Shown here piece by piece: positions 24,555 to 36,444 of a stretch of DNA of 64,000 nt (the stretch's first letter is position 1; each line of letters starts with the position of its first letter). The notes below the pieces were generated by a model, which was not told the DNA's origin, did no database searches, and saw only the letters and a list, made by a program, of their open reading frames with translations. Source of the DNA: Cetorhinus maximus (taxonomy: Eukaryota); the NCBI RefSeq assembly GCF_964194155.1, contig NC_135901.1:24118001-24182000 (forward strand), written 5' to 3'. The translations under genes were made by a program, and so were the position numbers.

Positions 24555-25349
24555 GGTGCCAGAGTCCTTGTGTTTCTCCAGGTTGGACGATCAGTTGAAG
24601 ATCAGTCCACACACAGAACATGTGAACAGTTTCTCCCCACTGTGAATGGGGTGATTTTTTTTCAGACTGTGACTGCCTAAAGATCTTCCCACAGTCAGTT
24701 CAGTGGAACACACTCACACGGATGTGTGTCTGTCTCGGTGCTTTTCCAGTCACACTGATGTTTGAAATCTTTTCCCACAAACAGAACAGACAAACATTTC
24801 TCTTTCCACATTCGAAAGCTGATGATATTCAGGTCCTGAAAAATTGAGCGAGTATCAGATGTTGACGTGATGTGTTTGGTTTGACTTTCCTGTCTGGAAC
24901 TCCTCCCCTTCTAATACTCTGTAAAAGGAGTTGACAAAATTCATCTCTGTAAGTGCAGGACAGAAATTCAGAACAATCAATTCCAGTTTCTATGGAATAT
25001 TTTTTCCTCTCTTGTTTCCCCCAAAGCTGTAAATCTCCATCCCACACACTCTCCTTCCTCCCTGTGCTCAAATCCAAACCCATTGCATCACCTCCATTAA
25101 TTCCTTACTCCATTCCCAGTTTTCTCCCTCCCTCTACTCTGGTTGTGTTCAGTTCTTCAGCTCCTGTGGGCAGAATGAGGATAAAATCAATGAGTCAATG
25201 ATTTGCTCTCCTGGTCACTGGGACCCTGAAGCTCTGTCCACTCTCTGTTCTTGCCCCACAAATTACCAGCTTCATTCAGCTGAAATTTACAGCCTTCCTT
25301 TGTATATTTGTGATATATCTCTCACTCCCTTTTCTTGCTTTAAATTCAT

Positions 25350-25825
25350 TTCACAGCTGATTAGAAAGGGATGATTTGCAGGAGGGAAACTCAAACCAAA
25401 CATCACATAAAAATGTGATCGAGTCCCTCGAGTCCTCAGGACCTGAATATCATCATGCTTTGAACATGGACCACGGGAGGGGATTCAGTAACAATCTGAG
25501 CTTGAAACCCATCAATGTAGTCACACAGGAGAGAGGCCATCCATCTGCTCTGTGTGGGAAAGGATTCACTCGGTCATCCAATCTCCGTACACACCAATGT
25601 GTGTGTACTGGGGAGAGGCCGTTGACCTGTTCTGTGTGTGGGAAGGGATTCACTCGGTCATCCCATCTGCTGACAAACCAGTGTGTGTGTACTGGGGAGA
25701 GGCCATTGACCTGCCCCATGTGCAGGAAGGGATTTAAACAATCAGCCAACCTGCTGCCAGCTAACCAGTGAGTTGATTCTACTGTTATTGCTGCTGTTAA
25801 TCACATCCAGGGCTGAACCATGTTC
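25350..25825 (+). pseudogene. Short degenerate ZNF copy antisense within the 24k gene's presumed intron
   Basis: Acceptor-like tttcacag, GPEYHHALNM leader, three degenerate fingers, TGA at 25769-25771, shared 3' block. Confidence 0.75.
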
Positions 25826-25904
25826 ATCCAGGACAGCTGGGGCTTCGTTCTGCTGATTTTACTCATCCTTACAGCCAGGCAGGTGTTTATATTCTGGCAG
25901 CTTC

Positions 25905-26137
25905 CCAGTGGCCAGAGAGGATTAAAAATTTGGGTCAGTGCCCCTGTGATCTCCCCATTGCCTCCCTCAGCAGTCTGGGACACAAATCATCCGGACCTGG
26001 AGATTTGTCCACTTATAAGCCTGCCAACATCTCCAATCCCTTGTCACTTCCTATATCTATTTGCTCAAGAACCTCACAGTCTCTCTCCCCAAGTTCGATA
26101 CCTTCATCCTCATTCTCTTGGGTGAAGACGGATGTGA
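25905..26137 (-). mobile_element. Internal CR1 fragment
   Basis: Closely matches 58920-59155. Confidence 0.8.
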
Positions 26138-26334
26138 AAATCTTTTCACCTGAAATCTTTTCCCACAGACAAAACAGATAAACTTGTTTCTTTGCACATT
26201 CAAAGGTCGATGATATTCAGGTCCAGTTGAATTGACTTAACATTGATGCAATGCTTCCCGTTTGCTGTGTGTAAATCCTCCCCTTCTGATCCCCTGTAAA
26301 AGGAACATTCTCTCCTGCTGACAGAGACACGGAT

Positions 26335-26740
26335 GACTGCGCATGCGCCCTGCTGCACATTGCCCCCTATAAAGATGGCGACGCCACATGCGCCCAGCAG
26401 CATCGCTGCCTCCGTTAAAGATGGCGGCGCCATATTGCCCCCGATAAAGATGGCGGCCCGAAAGCCCGGCCTGATGCCGGGAGAACAACTGCCGGGCCTC
26501 TTGGTGCAAATACGGGAACAGTAGTTTCTTACCTGGACTTCAAGGTCTGCGCCAGGTGTTTATGAAGTATCCCCGCCCATCTACCCACCCGCAAAGCGCT
26601 CCATTCCTCTCCTGCACTCGGCTGTTTCTCTCACCTGTTGCGAATGCGACACGACTTCCTGGCACCTCCGTCAAACTCCAGCACCCGCACTGCGCATGCT
26701 CGGGACACAGCCCGGTACTGCGCCTGCGCAGATGCACCTG
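26335..26740 (-). promoter_or_regulatory. ZNF promoter-like module 3
   Basis: Three AAGATGGCG (YY1) sites at ~26371, ~26418, ~26448; TGCGCATGCGC; TGCGCCTGCGCA. Confidence 0.7.
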
Positions 26741-26751
26741 CAGTGAGGACA

Positions 26752-26879
26752 TATTTCACCTCTCTCCTAATTTTACTCAGTTCTGTTGAAGGGTCATGAG
26801 GACTCGAAACGTCAACTTTATTCTTCTCCGCCGATGCTGCCAGACCTGCTGAGTTTTTCCAGGTAATTCTGTTTTTGTT
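26752..26879 (+). mobile_element. Penelope terminal-repeat mini-element
   Basis: TSD gtgaggaca at 26743-26751 and 26880-26888; matches 7879-8008. Confidence 0.88.
26779..26817 (+). ncRNA. Minimal hammerhead-like motif, variant core CUGUUGA
   Basis: AGTT CTGTTGA AGGGTC ATGAG GACTC GAAAC GTC AACT. Confidence 0.6.
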
Positions 26880-27311
26880 GTGAGGACAGGGCACAGTCTG
26901 TCCCGCAGAGAATGCTGGGTAATACCTCTGCCATCGGATCGCCCCCTTTGTGAGGAAAGCTCAGTTCCAGAGGGCCAAGATATAACATTAATAATCAAGT
27001 GATACACATTTGATGTTTGTGGCTATGGATCGAATTTGGTGCTCAAAACATTGCTAAAAGTAAAAAGAATACACCTGTTTTGCCAACATAAATCAGTTGT
27101 TCTGATAAATGGTCTGGTACGTTGAGCAGCACCAGAACCATTGCAAAACAGCAGATCATATGGCTCATTGTTTGCCGTGCCTTTGTTGACCTGCTGGTAA
27201 TATAACCTGAATGATAATTGTGTATTTCATATATGTTTCATCACAACATTTAGTCAATTTCCTTGCAGCCGATTGTTTTGTCAGAAAATATACTCCAGCA
27301 ACCTTAATAAC

Positions 27312-28307
27312 CAGTTCCAAAGAAGAATCACATGGACTTGAAACTGTTATCAATAACGTATAATTTAAAGTTGAATATATATGTGTACACATATATATAT
27401 ATATACACAAATGGATTCAGTTTCATTTAGGTTGCTGCCAGCCTTGGTGTCTGGGAGTCTGAACGGTCAGGTCTTTTGGGTTTGTTTGTATATGTACATT
27501 TTGAATGAGGTGTTACAAGCCCTGAGGTGAAAGAGATGGGTCAAATGGGGTTAAAAGTTTTGAGAGTCAGGGCAAAAAATACAAAGTAAAGAAAAAAAAC
27601 TTTCCTGTTGCCTTGCATCAGTGATCCAGGGACAGACACAAAGAAAGACAGGAGTTGGGAGGAAGATAGTTCTGTGCATGTCAGAGAGAAGGGACAGGAA
27701 TTTTAAGTTCTCTGATAAGAAAACTTTTAAGGCCATTAGCACCAGTAGTTGACTGAATAGTCAGTTATAGAATTCAGAAAAAGTGATCAGTTTAGCTGAG
27801 GTGCTACTGGAAGACTTTAAGAGTTTAAGGTGTCTTGGGGAGAGATACAAGTTCAGTGAAAAACATTGAGTGAATGCTCAGGAATTTACCAGAAGAAAAC
27901 AATTTACAACTGTGCCAGTCCCAAGCGAGAAGCCTTCCTGTCAAGCTATTGGTGACTTTTTACTGGTTTATGTGTCAGTAAAGATATTGCTGGAATAAAG
28001 GAATAGCGTAACTTTGAAGCATTTTCTTGTGTTTGTATTGAGATCTTTCCAACCTTTTTTTCTGGCGTGATATAGTTCATTTTTCTTGTTTAATAAATAT
28101 TTTATCCTTTGTGTTAAAAGTTAATCAGCAGTCGTGTGAATTTGTTCAGCAACTTGCCTCCGCGGTTTCTGAAAAAGCTTTCACCCTGGGATCTGACTTG
28201 TCCAGTACTAACATCAGCTGGGATCATAACAAAACATAAACTGTTTCTCTCGCTCCACAGATGCTGCCAGACCTGCTGAGCTTTTCCAGCACTTTCCATC
28301 TTTATTT
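27312..28307 (+). mobile_element. Penelope mini-element split by a solo LTR
   Basis: Pieces 27312-27344 and 28236-28307 rejoin as gacttgaaacataaactgtttctctc; TSD ttaataac at 27304-27311 and 28308-28315. Confidence 0.8.
27345..28231 (+). mobile_element. Solo LTR, 887 bp
   Basis: TGTTAT...ATAACA termini; 4-bp TSD aaac (27341-27344, 28232-28235); AATAAA near 28092. Confidence 0.8.
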
Positions 28308-28379
28308 TTAATAACTAATGTTTCTTTTATTAAGGGGTTTCCTTACGAAGTGAACTTTGTCAACACTATATGAAAAATG

Positions 28380-29240
28380 GAGCGGTCTGAGATAATAGAG
28401 ATAAGAAATAGATAAATAACAGATGGGCAGTACTGAAGGTGAGTAAGTCACCCTGTGCAGATGGGATTGCATTCCTGGTTGCTGAGGGAAGGAAGGGTAA
28501 ATACTGAGGAGGCAATTAGTCACAAGTTTCCGAAACACCTTATATATCTGGGTGAAAATAGAGGACTGGAAGACTATAAATATTACACCTTTGCTCAAAA
28601 AGGGGAGATGGATAAACCTGGTAATTAATGCTGGTCAGTTTAACGCTGGTGATGGAGCTTTTAGAAACAAAAATCCAGGAAAACATTAACACCCACATTA
28701 CCAAGTATAGACTGAAAAAGGAGAGCCAGCATGGATTTATTAAGGGCAAATCATTTTTAACTAACTGGACTGACTTTTTTTGTTTGTGGGTTAACATAGA
28801 GAGTGGGATGAGGAAAGTGCAGTAAATGTTGTGTATTGGGACTTTCAAAATGCAATTGGTAAAATTGGAGGTCATGGGATAAAGGCAGAAAAGGGCAGCA
28901 GCAGCAAGATACAAAATTGGATGAGGGTTACAAATGAGAGAGTTGTGGTGAATGGCTATTCTTCTTACTGGAGGGAGGTATAAAGTGGTTGTCTACAGGG
29001 TTCAGTACTGCTGCTTTTTATGTACATTAAGGCTTGTAATTGGGGGTACAGGGCACAATTTTGAAATTTTCAGCTGACAAAACTTGAAAGTGTAGATAAA
29101 TCAGTGAAGAAAATAAGATTAGATTTTAATAGGACACAGACACAGCTGGGCGAATGGACAGACTCATGACGGATGACATTCAGTGCAGCTAGGTGTGAGG
29201 TGATACATTTTGACAGGAAGAATGAGAAGGCGCAATACAT
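28380..29240 (+). mobile_element. Old CR1 RT fragment
   Basis: ESQHGFIKGKSFLTN and degenerate downstream RT. Confidence 0.75.
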
Positions 29241-29269
29241 ATCCACTTCAGGCGAGATAGGGAAGGAAG

Positions 29270-30905
29270 TAAAAGAGGAGGGGGTATGGAAATCAGGCAG
29301 AAGGACTTGATATACTTCAAGAAATTAGCATAGAAAGGGAGGAGGTTCTATGTGGTCTGGCAGGCTTAAAAGTAGATAAATCTTCAGGCCCGGATGAAAG
29401 GTATCCCAGGCTGATGAGTGAGGCAAGGGAGGAGATAGCAGGGGCTCTGGCAATAATTTTCAATACCTCTCTGGCCACAGGAGAGGTGCCAGAGGACTGG
29501 AGGACAGAAGGGAGGAAGGGATAAACCAGAAAACTACAGGCCAGTCAGTCTAACCTCAGTGGTGGGGAAACTAAAGGAACCAATTCTGAGGGACAGAATT
29601 AATCCACACTTGGAGAGGCAGGGATTAATCAAGGACAGTCAGCATGGTTTTGTTAAGGGGAGGTCATGTCTGACCAATTTGATTGAATTTTTTGAAGAGG
29701 TGACTAGGTGTGTAGATGAGGGTAATGTATTTGACGTAGTCAACTTGGACTTCAGCAAGGCGATTGAACAGGTCCCATATGGGAGACTGATAACAAAGGT
29801 AAGAGCCCACGGGATCCAAGGCAATTTGGCAAATTGGGTCCAGAATTGGCTAAGTGGCAGGAAGCAGAGGGTGATAGTCAAGGGGTGTTTTTGTGCCTGG
29901 ATACCTGTGTCCAGTGGAGTTCCACAGGGATCGATGTTGGGTCCGTTGCTGCTTGTGGTATATATAAGTGATTTAGACTTGAATGTATGAGGGTTTATCA
30001 GTAAGTTCGAGGATGACACGAAAATTGGTGGGGTGGTAAATAGTGAGGAGGATAGCCTTAGATTACAGGAGGATATAGACGGACTGATCAGTGGCAAATG
30101 GAATTTAATCCGGATAAGTGTGAGATGATGCACTTGGGCAGGACAAACAAGGCACAGGAATACACGATGAAAGGTAGGACCCTGGGAAGTACCGAGGATC
30201 AGAGGGACCTTGGTGTGCATGTCCACCAGTCCCTTTAGGTAGCGGGACAGGTAGATAAGTTGGTTAAGAAGGCATATGGGATACTTGCCTTTATTAGCCA
30301 AGGCATAGAATATAATAGCAGGGAGGTTATGCTGGAACTGTATAAAACGCTGGTTAGGCCACAGCTAGAGTATTGCATGCAGTTCTGGAATCCACATTAT
30401 AGGAAGGATGTGATTGCATTAGAGAGAGCGCAGAGGAGATTTACCAGGATGTTGCCTGGGCTGGAGAGTTTTAGTTATGAGGAGAGATTGGATAGACTGG
30501 GGTTATTTTCACAGCAGCAGAGGAGATTGAAGGGCGACATGATTGAGGTGTATAAAATTATGAGGGGCATAGTTAGGGTAGACAGGAAGGAACTTTTCCC
30601 CTTGGTGAAGGGATCAATAACCATGGGGCATAGATTTAAGGTAAGGGGCAGGAGGTTTGGAGGTAATGAGAGGAAGAATTTTTTCACCCAAAGGGTGATG
30701 GGAATCTGGAACTCACTGCCTGAAAGGGTAGTAAAGGCAGAAACCCTCTTAACATTTAAGAAGTGTTTGGATGTGCACTTGCAATGCCATGGCATACAAG
30801 GCTATGGGCCTAGTGCTGGAAAACGGGATGAGAATAGGTGCTTGTTTGACCGGCACTGACTCGATGGGCCAAAGGACCTTTTTCTGTGCTGTAGACCTCT
30901 ATGAC
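29270..30905 (+). mobile_element. CR1 LINE RT to 3' end, disrupted
   Basis: ORFs 29559..29990 and 30260..30859 (SQHGFVKGRSCLTN, GVPQGSMLGP, RPQLEYCMQFW). Confidence 0.93.
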
Positions 30906-30909
30906 ATAA

Positions 30910-31262
30910 GAAATAGGATAATTTTAAGGGGGTGTTTATGCAGAAATATTTGAAGAAGGCAGGACAGGTTAAGAAAGCAGGTAATAAAGCGTATGCGATT
31001 CTCGGCTTTATATATAGAGACATTGAGAAGAAAAGCCAGGAAATTATGCTGAACCGATGTAATTCACTAGTTCAGTACCAGCTGCAGTATTGTGTCCCAT
31101 TCGGAGTCCCACACTTTAGGGAGGATGTGAAGGCTTTGGAGAGGGTATGAAAGAGACTTACTCGAATGATTGCAGATTGATGGATCACCACCGGTCTATG
31201 GAAGGTCTGGAGAAGCTGGTGATGTTCTCCTTGGAACAGAGATGTTTAAGAGGAGGTTTGAG
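30910..31262 (+). mobile_element. CR1 RT C-terminal fragment
   Basis: KAYAILGFIYRDIE...YCVPFGVPHFREDVKALERV. Confidence 0.75.
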
Positions 31263-31691
31263 AGGTGTCTCTTGGAAAAGATGAGCTTAGACAGTGCATT
31301 ACGGGAGCTGGGAGAGAAACTGGAGAAAGATGAGAGTTCAGGGCTCAGACAAGGAGAAACTTTAGAGATAGTTTGGTTCAGTGGGGTGGTGGAAGGGAGG
31401 GTCATGGCAGGGTCAACCGATTGGGTAGTCTCGATCTTAGTGATAAAGAAGTTAATGAGCTCCTTGCACTTGTTGTTGGAGGTGAGGATGGAGGAGGCAG
31501 AGGGGAGGGACAGCACTTCAAAAGGAACTAACTTGTGTTAGACATATTAAAAAGATTTGCCACAATTTGTTTGACATAAAGCTAATTTATCCAGATATTT
31601 ATCCAGAATATTAACACCCATAACTGGGCTGGAGTTTATTAATATCAGCAGAAAAAGGACTCTACTGAATATGGTTGTGTCCTGGATGTGA

Positions 31692-32930
31692 TTAACAGCA
31701 AAATCCATCTCCTGAAGTCACTTGTGAACTTGCTGGTGTCTCATCAGGGTGAATGGCTGAGTGAATCCTTTCCCACACACAGTCGAGGTGAATGGCCTCT
31801 CCCCTGTGTGAACTTGCTGGTGTAACATGAGGTGGGATGGCCCCAGGTCTTTTATAGCACTTCCCACAGTCTGGGCATTTCAATTGTCTGTCCTCACTGT
31901 GAACTTGCTGATGTGTCAGCAGAGTGCTTGACTGAGTGAATCCCTTCCCACACACAATGCAGGTGAACGGCCTCTCCCCAGTGTGAGTGCGCTGGTGTTT
32001 AGTGAGTTGAGATGATTGTTTGAACCCAGTTCCACAGTGAGCGCACCTGAATGGTCTCTCATCAGTGTGAACACGTTGATGAATCATAAGTTCCCCAGAA
32101 CTTTTATAGCACTTCCCGCAGTCTGGGCATTTAAAAGGTCTCTCCTCAGTGTGAACTTGCTGGTGTCTCAGCAGGGTGGATGACTGAGTGAATCTCTTCC
32201 CACACTCCATGCAAGTGAACGGCCTCTCCCCAGTGTGAGTTCGCTGGTGTTCAGTGAGGCCAGATGATCTCCTGAACCCAGCCCCACAGTGTGAGCACCT
32301 GAATGGTCTCTCATCTGTGTGAACACGTTGATGGTGCAACAGTTCTCCTGAACTTTTATAGCACTTCCCACAGTCCAGGCATTCAAAAGGTCTCTCGTCA
32401 GTATGAACACGTTGATGAGACATCAGTTCGCTGGAACTTTTATAGCACTTCCCACAGTCCAGGCATTTAAAAGGTCTCTCGTCAGTGTGAACACGTTGAT
32501 GACGCATCAGTTCCCCAGAACTTTTATAACACTTTCCACAATCTGAGCATTTAAAAGGTCTCTCATCAGTGTGAACACGTTGATGGGACATCAGATCGCT
32601 GGAACCTTTATAGCACTTCCCACAGTCTGGGCATTTAAAAGGTCTCTCCTCAGTGTGAACCCGTTGGTGTCTCAGCAGGTGGGATGACTGAGTGAAGCTC
32701 TTCCCACATATAGAGCAGGTAAAAGGCCTCTCCCCAGTGTGGCTGCGTCGATGAGTTTCCAGCTCCGATGGGTGATTGAATCCCTTCCCACAGTCCCCAC
32801 ACTTACATGGCTTCTCCCCATTGTGACTGCGTTTGTGCTTCGACAGGCCAGATGATCGGCTGAAGCCTCGTCCACACACAGAACACGTGTACAATTTCTC
32901 TCCACTGAGAATGGTGCCCTTTCCTTCCAT
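31692..32930 (-). CDS. Tandem C2H2 zinc-finger protein, 12 intact fingers, frameshifted tail
   Basis: ATG 32930 [16 protein letters not shown]; 12 canonical fingers; after CPDCGKCYK (~31845) the frame shifts and the last fingers are out of frame. Confidence 0.85.
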   Translation of the reverse strand: MEGKGTILSGEKLYTCSVCGRGFSRSSGLSKHKRSHNGEKPCKCGDCGKGFNHPSELETHRRSHTGERPFTCSICGKSFTQSSHLLRHQRVHTEERPFKCPDCGKCYKGSSDLMSHQRVHTDERPFKCSDCGKCYKSSGELMRHQRVHTDERPFKCLDCGKCYKSSSELMSHQRVHTDERPFECLDCGKCYKSSGELLHHQRVHTDERPFRCSHCGAGFRRSSGLTEHQRTHTGERPFTCMECGKRFTQSSTLLRHQQVHTEERPFKCPDCGKCYKSSGELMIHQRVHTDERPFRCAHCGTGFKQSSQLTKHQRTHTGERPFTCIVCGKGFTQSSTLLTHQQVHSEDRQLKCPDCGKCYKRPGAIPPHVTPASSHRGEAIHLDCVWERIHSAIHPDETPASSQVTSGDGFCC

Positions 32931-33759
32931 GTGCAAGAGTCTATGCTATTCAGGTTATGATAAATTGGACGGCTCCGTCAGATCCTAATGTGATATTTGG
33001 TTTGAGTTTCTTGACCACAATCCTCCCTTTCTAACCCCCTGTGAAATTGTGAAAGAGAGTTAATGTTTTAGGATATGCAGGTTGAATTACAGGGAAGAAA
33101 AATAGAGAATTACAGGGAAGAAAAATAGCATCATTTGATCATCATTACAAGCTCAGAAGCAGAAAAGAAATGATCCCTGGTGCAGGAAAAATAATTCATC
33201 AGCATGGGAAGATAAAGCTGGTAAATCAGCAGTGAATAGCCAGGGGGTGGCAGTCGAAACTTCATTCGGATAGATTTGGTGGAAATAACAGTAAAATATC
33301 AGGCATGGTTAAAATACACCCATTATTAGAGGCTGACGAAGTTAAACAGTGACAGAGAGGTGACTGGGGAGGGCAAAGGTGAAACAGAGCAAGATGGACA
33401 TTGATTCAGATCCACGGTAAAGGAGCCACACTAGCCCCAGAGATATGGAACCACAGCACAGCACTAAAATCTCTAAATTGTAGATGAACGCTCAATAATA
33501 CTCACTTCTGAAACGATTTCACTGTTTTCACATTTAAAATCTCTTGCTGGAGATGGCAGCTGGAACGATATCAGAAACACTGGAGTCAGATGAAATTCTA
33601 GTAGCTTTCAAATCTTCTAACCCCCTGTAGGAGATCTCAAATATCATAACCGTCAGTCAACGATATAAATTCAAAAGAGATGGAATGTTTTGAGTTTACA
33701 GCATGGAAGCCTGTGAAAAGAGTTGTCAAAAGACATCAGTCAGTTCAGCATAAAAACTC

Positions 33760-33945
33760 AAAGATAAAAGCAAAATACTGCGGATGCTGGAAATCTGAAA
33801 CAAAAACAAAAATTGCTGGAAAAACTCAGCAGTTCTGAAAGCATCTGTGGAGAGAGAAACAGAGTTAACGTTTCGAGTCCAGATGACTCATCTTCAGAAT
33901 GCTCTGTCAGACCTGCTGAGTTTTTCCAGCAATTTTTGTCTTTGT
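33760..33945 (-). mobile_element. Fold-back Penelope mini-element
   Basis: TSD ttcagcat(a/c)aaaactc at 33744-33759 and 33946-33961. Confidence 0.82.
33863..33900 (-). ncRNA. Minimal hammerhead-like motif with canonical CUGAAGA core
   Basis: CTGAAGA T GAGTC ATCTG GACTC GAAAC GTT AACT; stem I only partly retained. Confidence 0.6.
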
Positions 33946-33979
33946 TTCAGCATCAAAACTCTCCTGGTCACTGCGACAC

Positions 33980-34310
33980 TGAAGCTCCGCCCACTCTGTA
34001 GCGTCACCAGGATGGCCACGCATGCGCTCTGCTCCCCGCTGAACTAAGATGGCGATATTAACCTGGGCCGGTTTCCGGGAAAAAGCCCGAAGCTACAAAG
34101 GCGGGAGCTTTCGGTTCTTATTCGGGACTTGCGGCCTACACAAGGTCTTTCTGAAGCCTCCCCTTCCACTCCTACCCACCCATCTGCTCTGTTCCCTCCC
34201 TGCGCCCCAATCGCGCTCACCTGATTTCAAAACCATCTGCAGCACGACGCTGATCAATAACACTGCGCATGCTCCAGAGACAGGGCACTGCGCCTGCGCA
34301 CTGGGCTCCT
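33980..34310 (-). promoter_or_regulatory. ZNF promoter-like module 4
   Basis: ACGCATGCGC ~34018, AAGATGGCG ~34046, TGCGCATGC ~34264, TGCGCCTGCGCA ~34289. Confidence 0.7.
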
Positions 34311-35084
34311 GCAGGGTGAATAGGGCACTTTCAGTTCCGCACGGAACGTTGGGTAAAAACAGCGACATCGAAACTTCAAACTGGGAATAGAAAATAATTG
34401 TTCTTCACTTGAGATACTGAACAAAAGGAGACAAAAATCCCAGTGAGTGGCTGCTCTGCCATGCTACATTTCCCGAAGTGATTTAAACCACTGCTGTCCT
34501 GTGGGAATACACTGAATTCTCAACATTGTTTCTCCACTCACTCCTCCCCCAAAGGGGCTGACTCTGGCTGGGTTCAATTCCATAGTCACTGGTTTTTCTC
34601 TGATAATTTATATTCACTGCTTTACAGAATGAAACAGCACAGATGGAAACCATTCGGCCCATCATGCCTGTGCTGGTTCTTTTGGAAGATCTATCCAATC
34701 AATTCCACAGCCCTACTGGCAGAGACAGAACAATGAATATCTGCTGTAGTAATGCAAGGATTAATTGAACATGTTTTCCTCTGTATATTTCTCAGACACA
34801 CTCACCCCTGTGGAAAGATCGATTGCCCAGTGTATTAAGCAGATTAAGGGTTCACTGGTTAGTTAAGCACACAGAATACCTGGTCGATCTTAATTCAATA
34901 ATTCTACACTCCCCACACACCACAGTGACATTATAAGTAAAGGGCCAAGTTAAGGGAGTATCCCCGGTGTGATAGAGTGGATGAATTGCGGAGTACAGTC
35001 GTAAAGCAGTATTAACAATCAAAAACCACAAAATTACCAATTGGTTGGTGTGTTTCAGTATGAAAGAATCCCAGATGATCCCAG

Positions 35085-36440
35085 ATTATTGGAGAAAATT
35101 CTGAAGGAGAGAATCTATCTCCACTTGGAGAGGCAAGTTTTGATCAGGGATAATCAGCATGGCTTTGTCAGAGGGAGGTCATGCCTAACAAATTTGATTG
35201 AATTTTTTGAGGAGGTGACTAGGTGTGTGGATGAGGGTAGTGTAGTTGATGTAGTTTACATGGATTTCAGCAAAGCCTTTGACAAGGTCCCACATGGGAG
35301 ACTTATAAAGAAGGCAAATGCACATGGGATACAGGGTAATTTGATAAGGTGGATTCAAAATTAGCTTATTTGTAGGAGACAGAGGGTGATGGCAGAAGGA
35401 TGCTTTAGTGACTGGAAACCAGTGTCCAATGACGTACCACAGGGATCTTTGCTGGGTCCGCTGTTATTTGTCATTTATATAAACAACATAGATGACTATG
35501 TGGGAGGTAGGATTAATAAGTTTGCAGATGACACAAAGATTGGCTGGGTGGTTAACAGTGAGGTTGAGTGTCTTGGGCGACAGGAAGATAGAGACAAGAT
35601 GGTCAAATGGGCAGATAAGTGGCAGATGGAATTTAACCCTGAATAGTGTGAGGTCATACACTTTGGAAGGAGTAATTTGACAAGGAAGTATTCAATGAAC
35701 AGCATGACACTAGGAAGTTCTGAGGAACAAAGGGACATTGGCGTGTGTGTCCATAGATCTCTGAAGGCGGAGGGGCATGTTAGTGGGGCGATGAAAAAGG
35801 CATATGGGACACTTGCCTTTATCAATCGAGGCATAGATTACAAAAGTAGGGAGCTCATGTTGGAGTTGTATAGAAACTTGGTGAGGCCACAGCTGGAGTA
35901 CTGTGTGCAGTTCTGGTCACCACATTATAGGAAGGATATGATTGCATTGGTGGGGGTGCAGAGGAGATTCACCAGGATGTTGCCTGGGATGAAATATTTA
36001 AGTTATGAAGAGAGGTTGGATAGACTTGGGTTGTTTTCATTGGAGCAGAGAAGACTGAGGGGTGACCTGATCGAGGTGTACAAGATTATGAAGGGCATGG
36101 ACAGGGTGGATATGGAGCTGCTGTTCCCCTTAGTTGAAGGGTCAGTCACGAGGGGACACAAGTTCAAGGTGAGGTGCAGGAGGTTTAGGGGGGATGTGGG
36201 GAAAACCTTTTTACCCAGAGGGTGGTGACGGTCTGGAATGCACTGCCTGGGATGGTGGTGGAGGTGGGTTGCCTCACATCTTTTAAAAAGTACTTGGATG
36301 AGCACTTGGCATGTCATAACATTCAAGGCTATGGGGCAAGTGCTGGTAAATGGGATTAGGTAGGTAGGTCAGATGTTTCTCACGTGTCGGTGCAGACTCG
36401 ATGGGTCGAAGGGCCTTTTCTGCACTGTGTGATTTTGTGA
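35085..36440 (+). mobile_element. 5'-truncated CR1 LINE
   Basis: NQHGFVRGRSCLTN, FADDTK, RPQLEYCVQFW; gattttgtga tail. Confidence 0.95.
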
Positions 36441-36444
36441 CATG

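Noticed and set aside
27511-28231. Shorter LTR starting at tgttac 27511
   Set aside because: No TSD; the 27345 start gives a 6-bp inverted terminus and an aaac TSD.
31692-32930. PRDM9-like gene
   Set aside because: No PR/SET or KRAB domain seen, and fingers are too heterogeneous.
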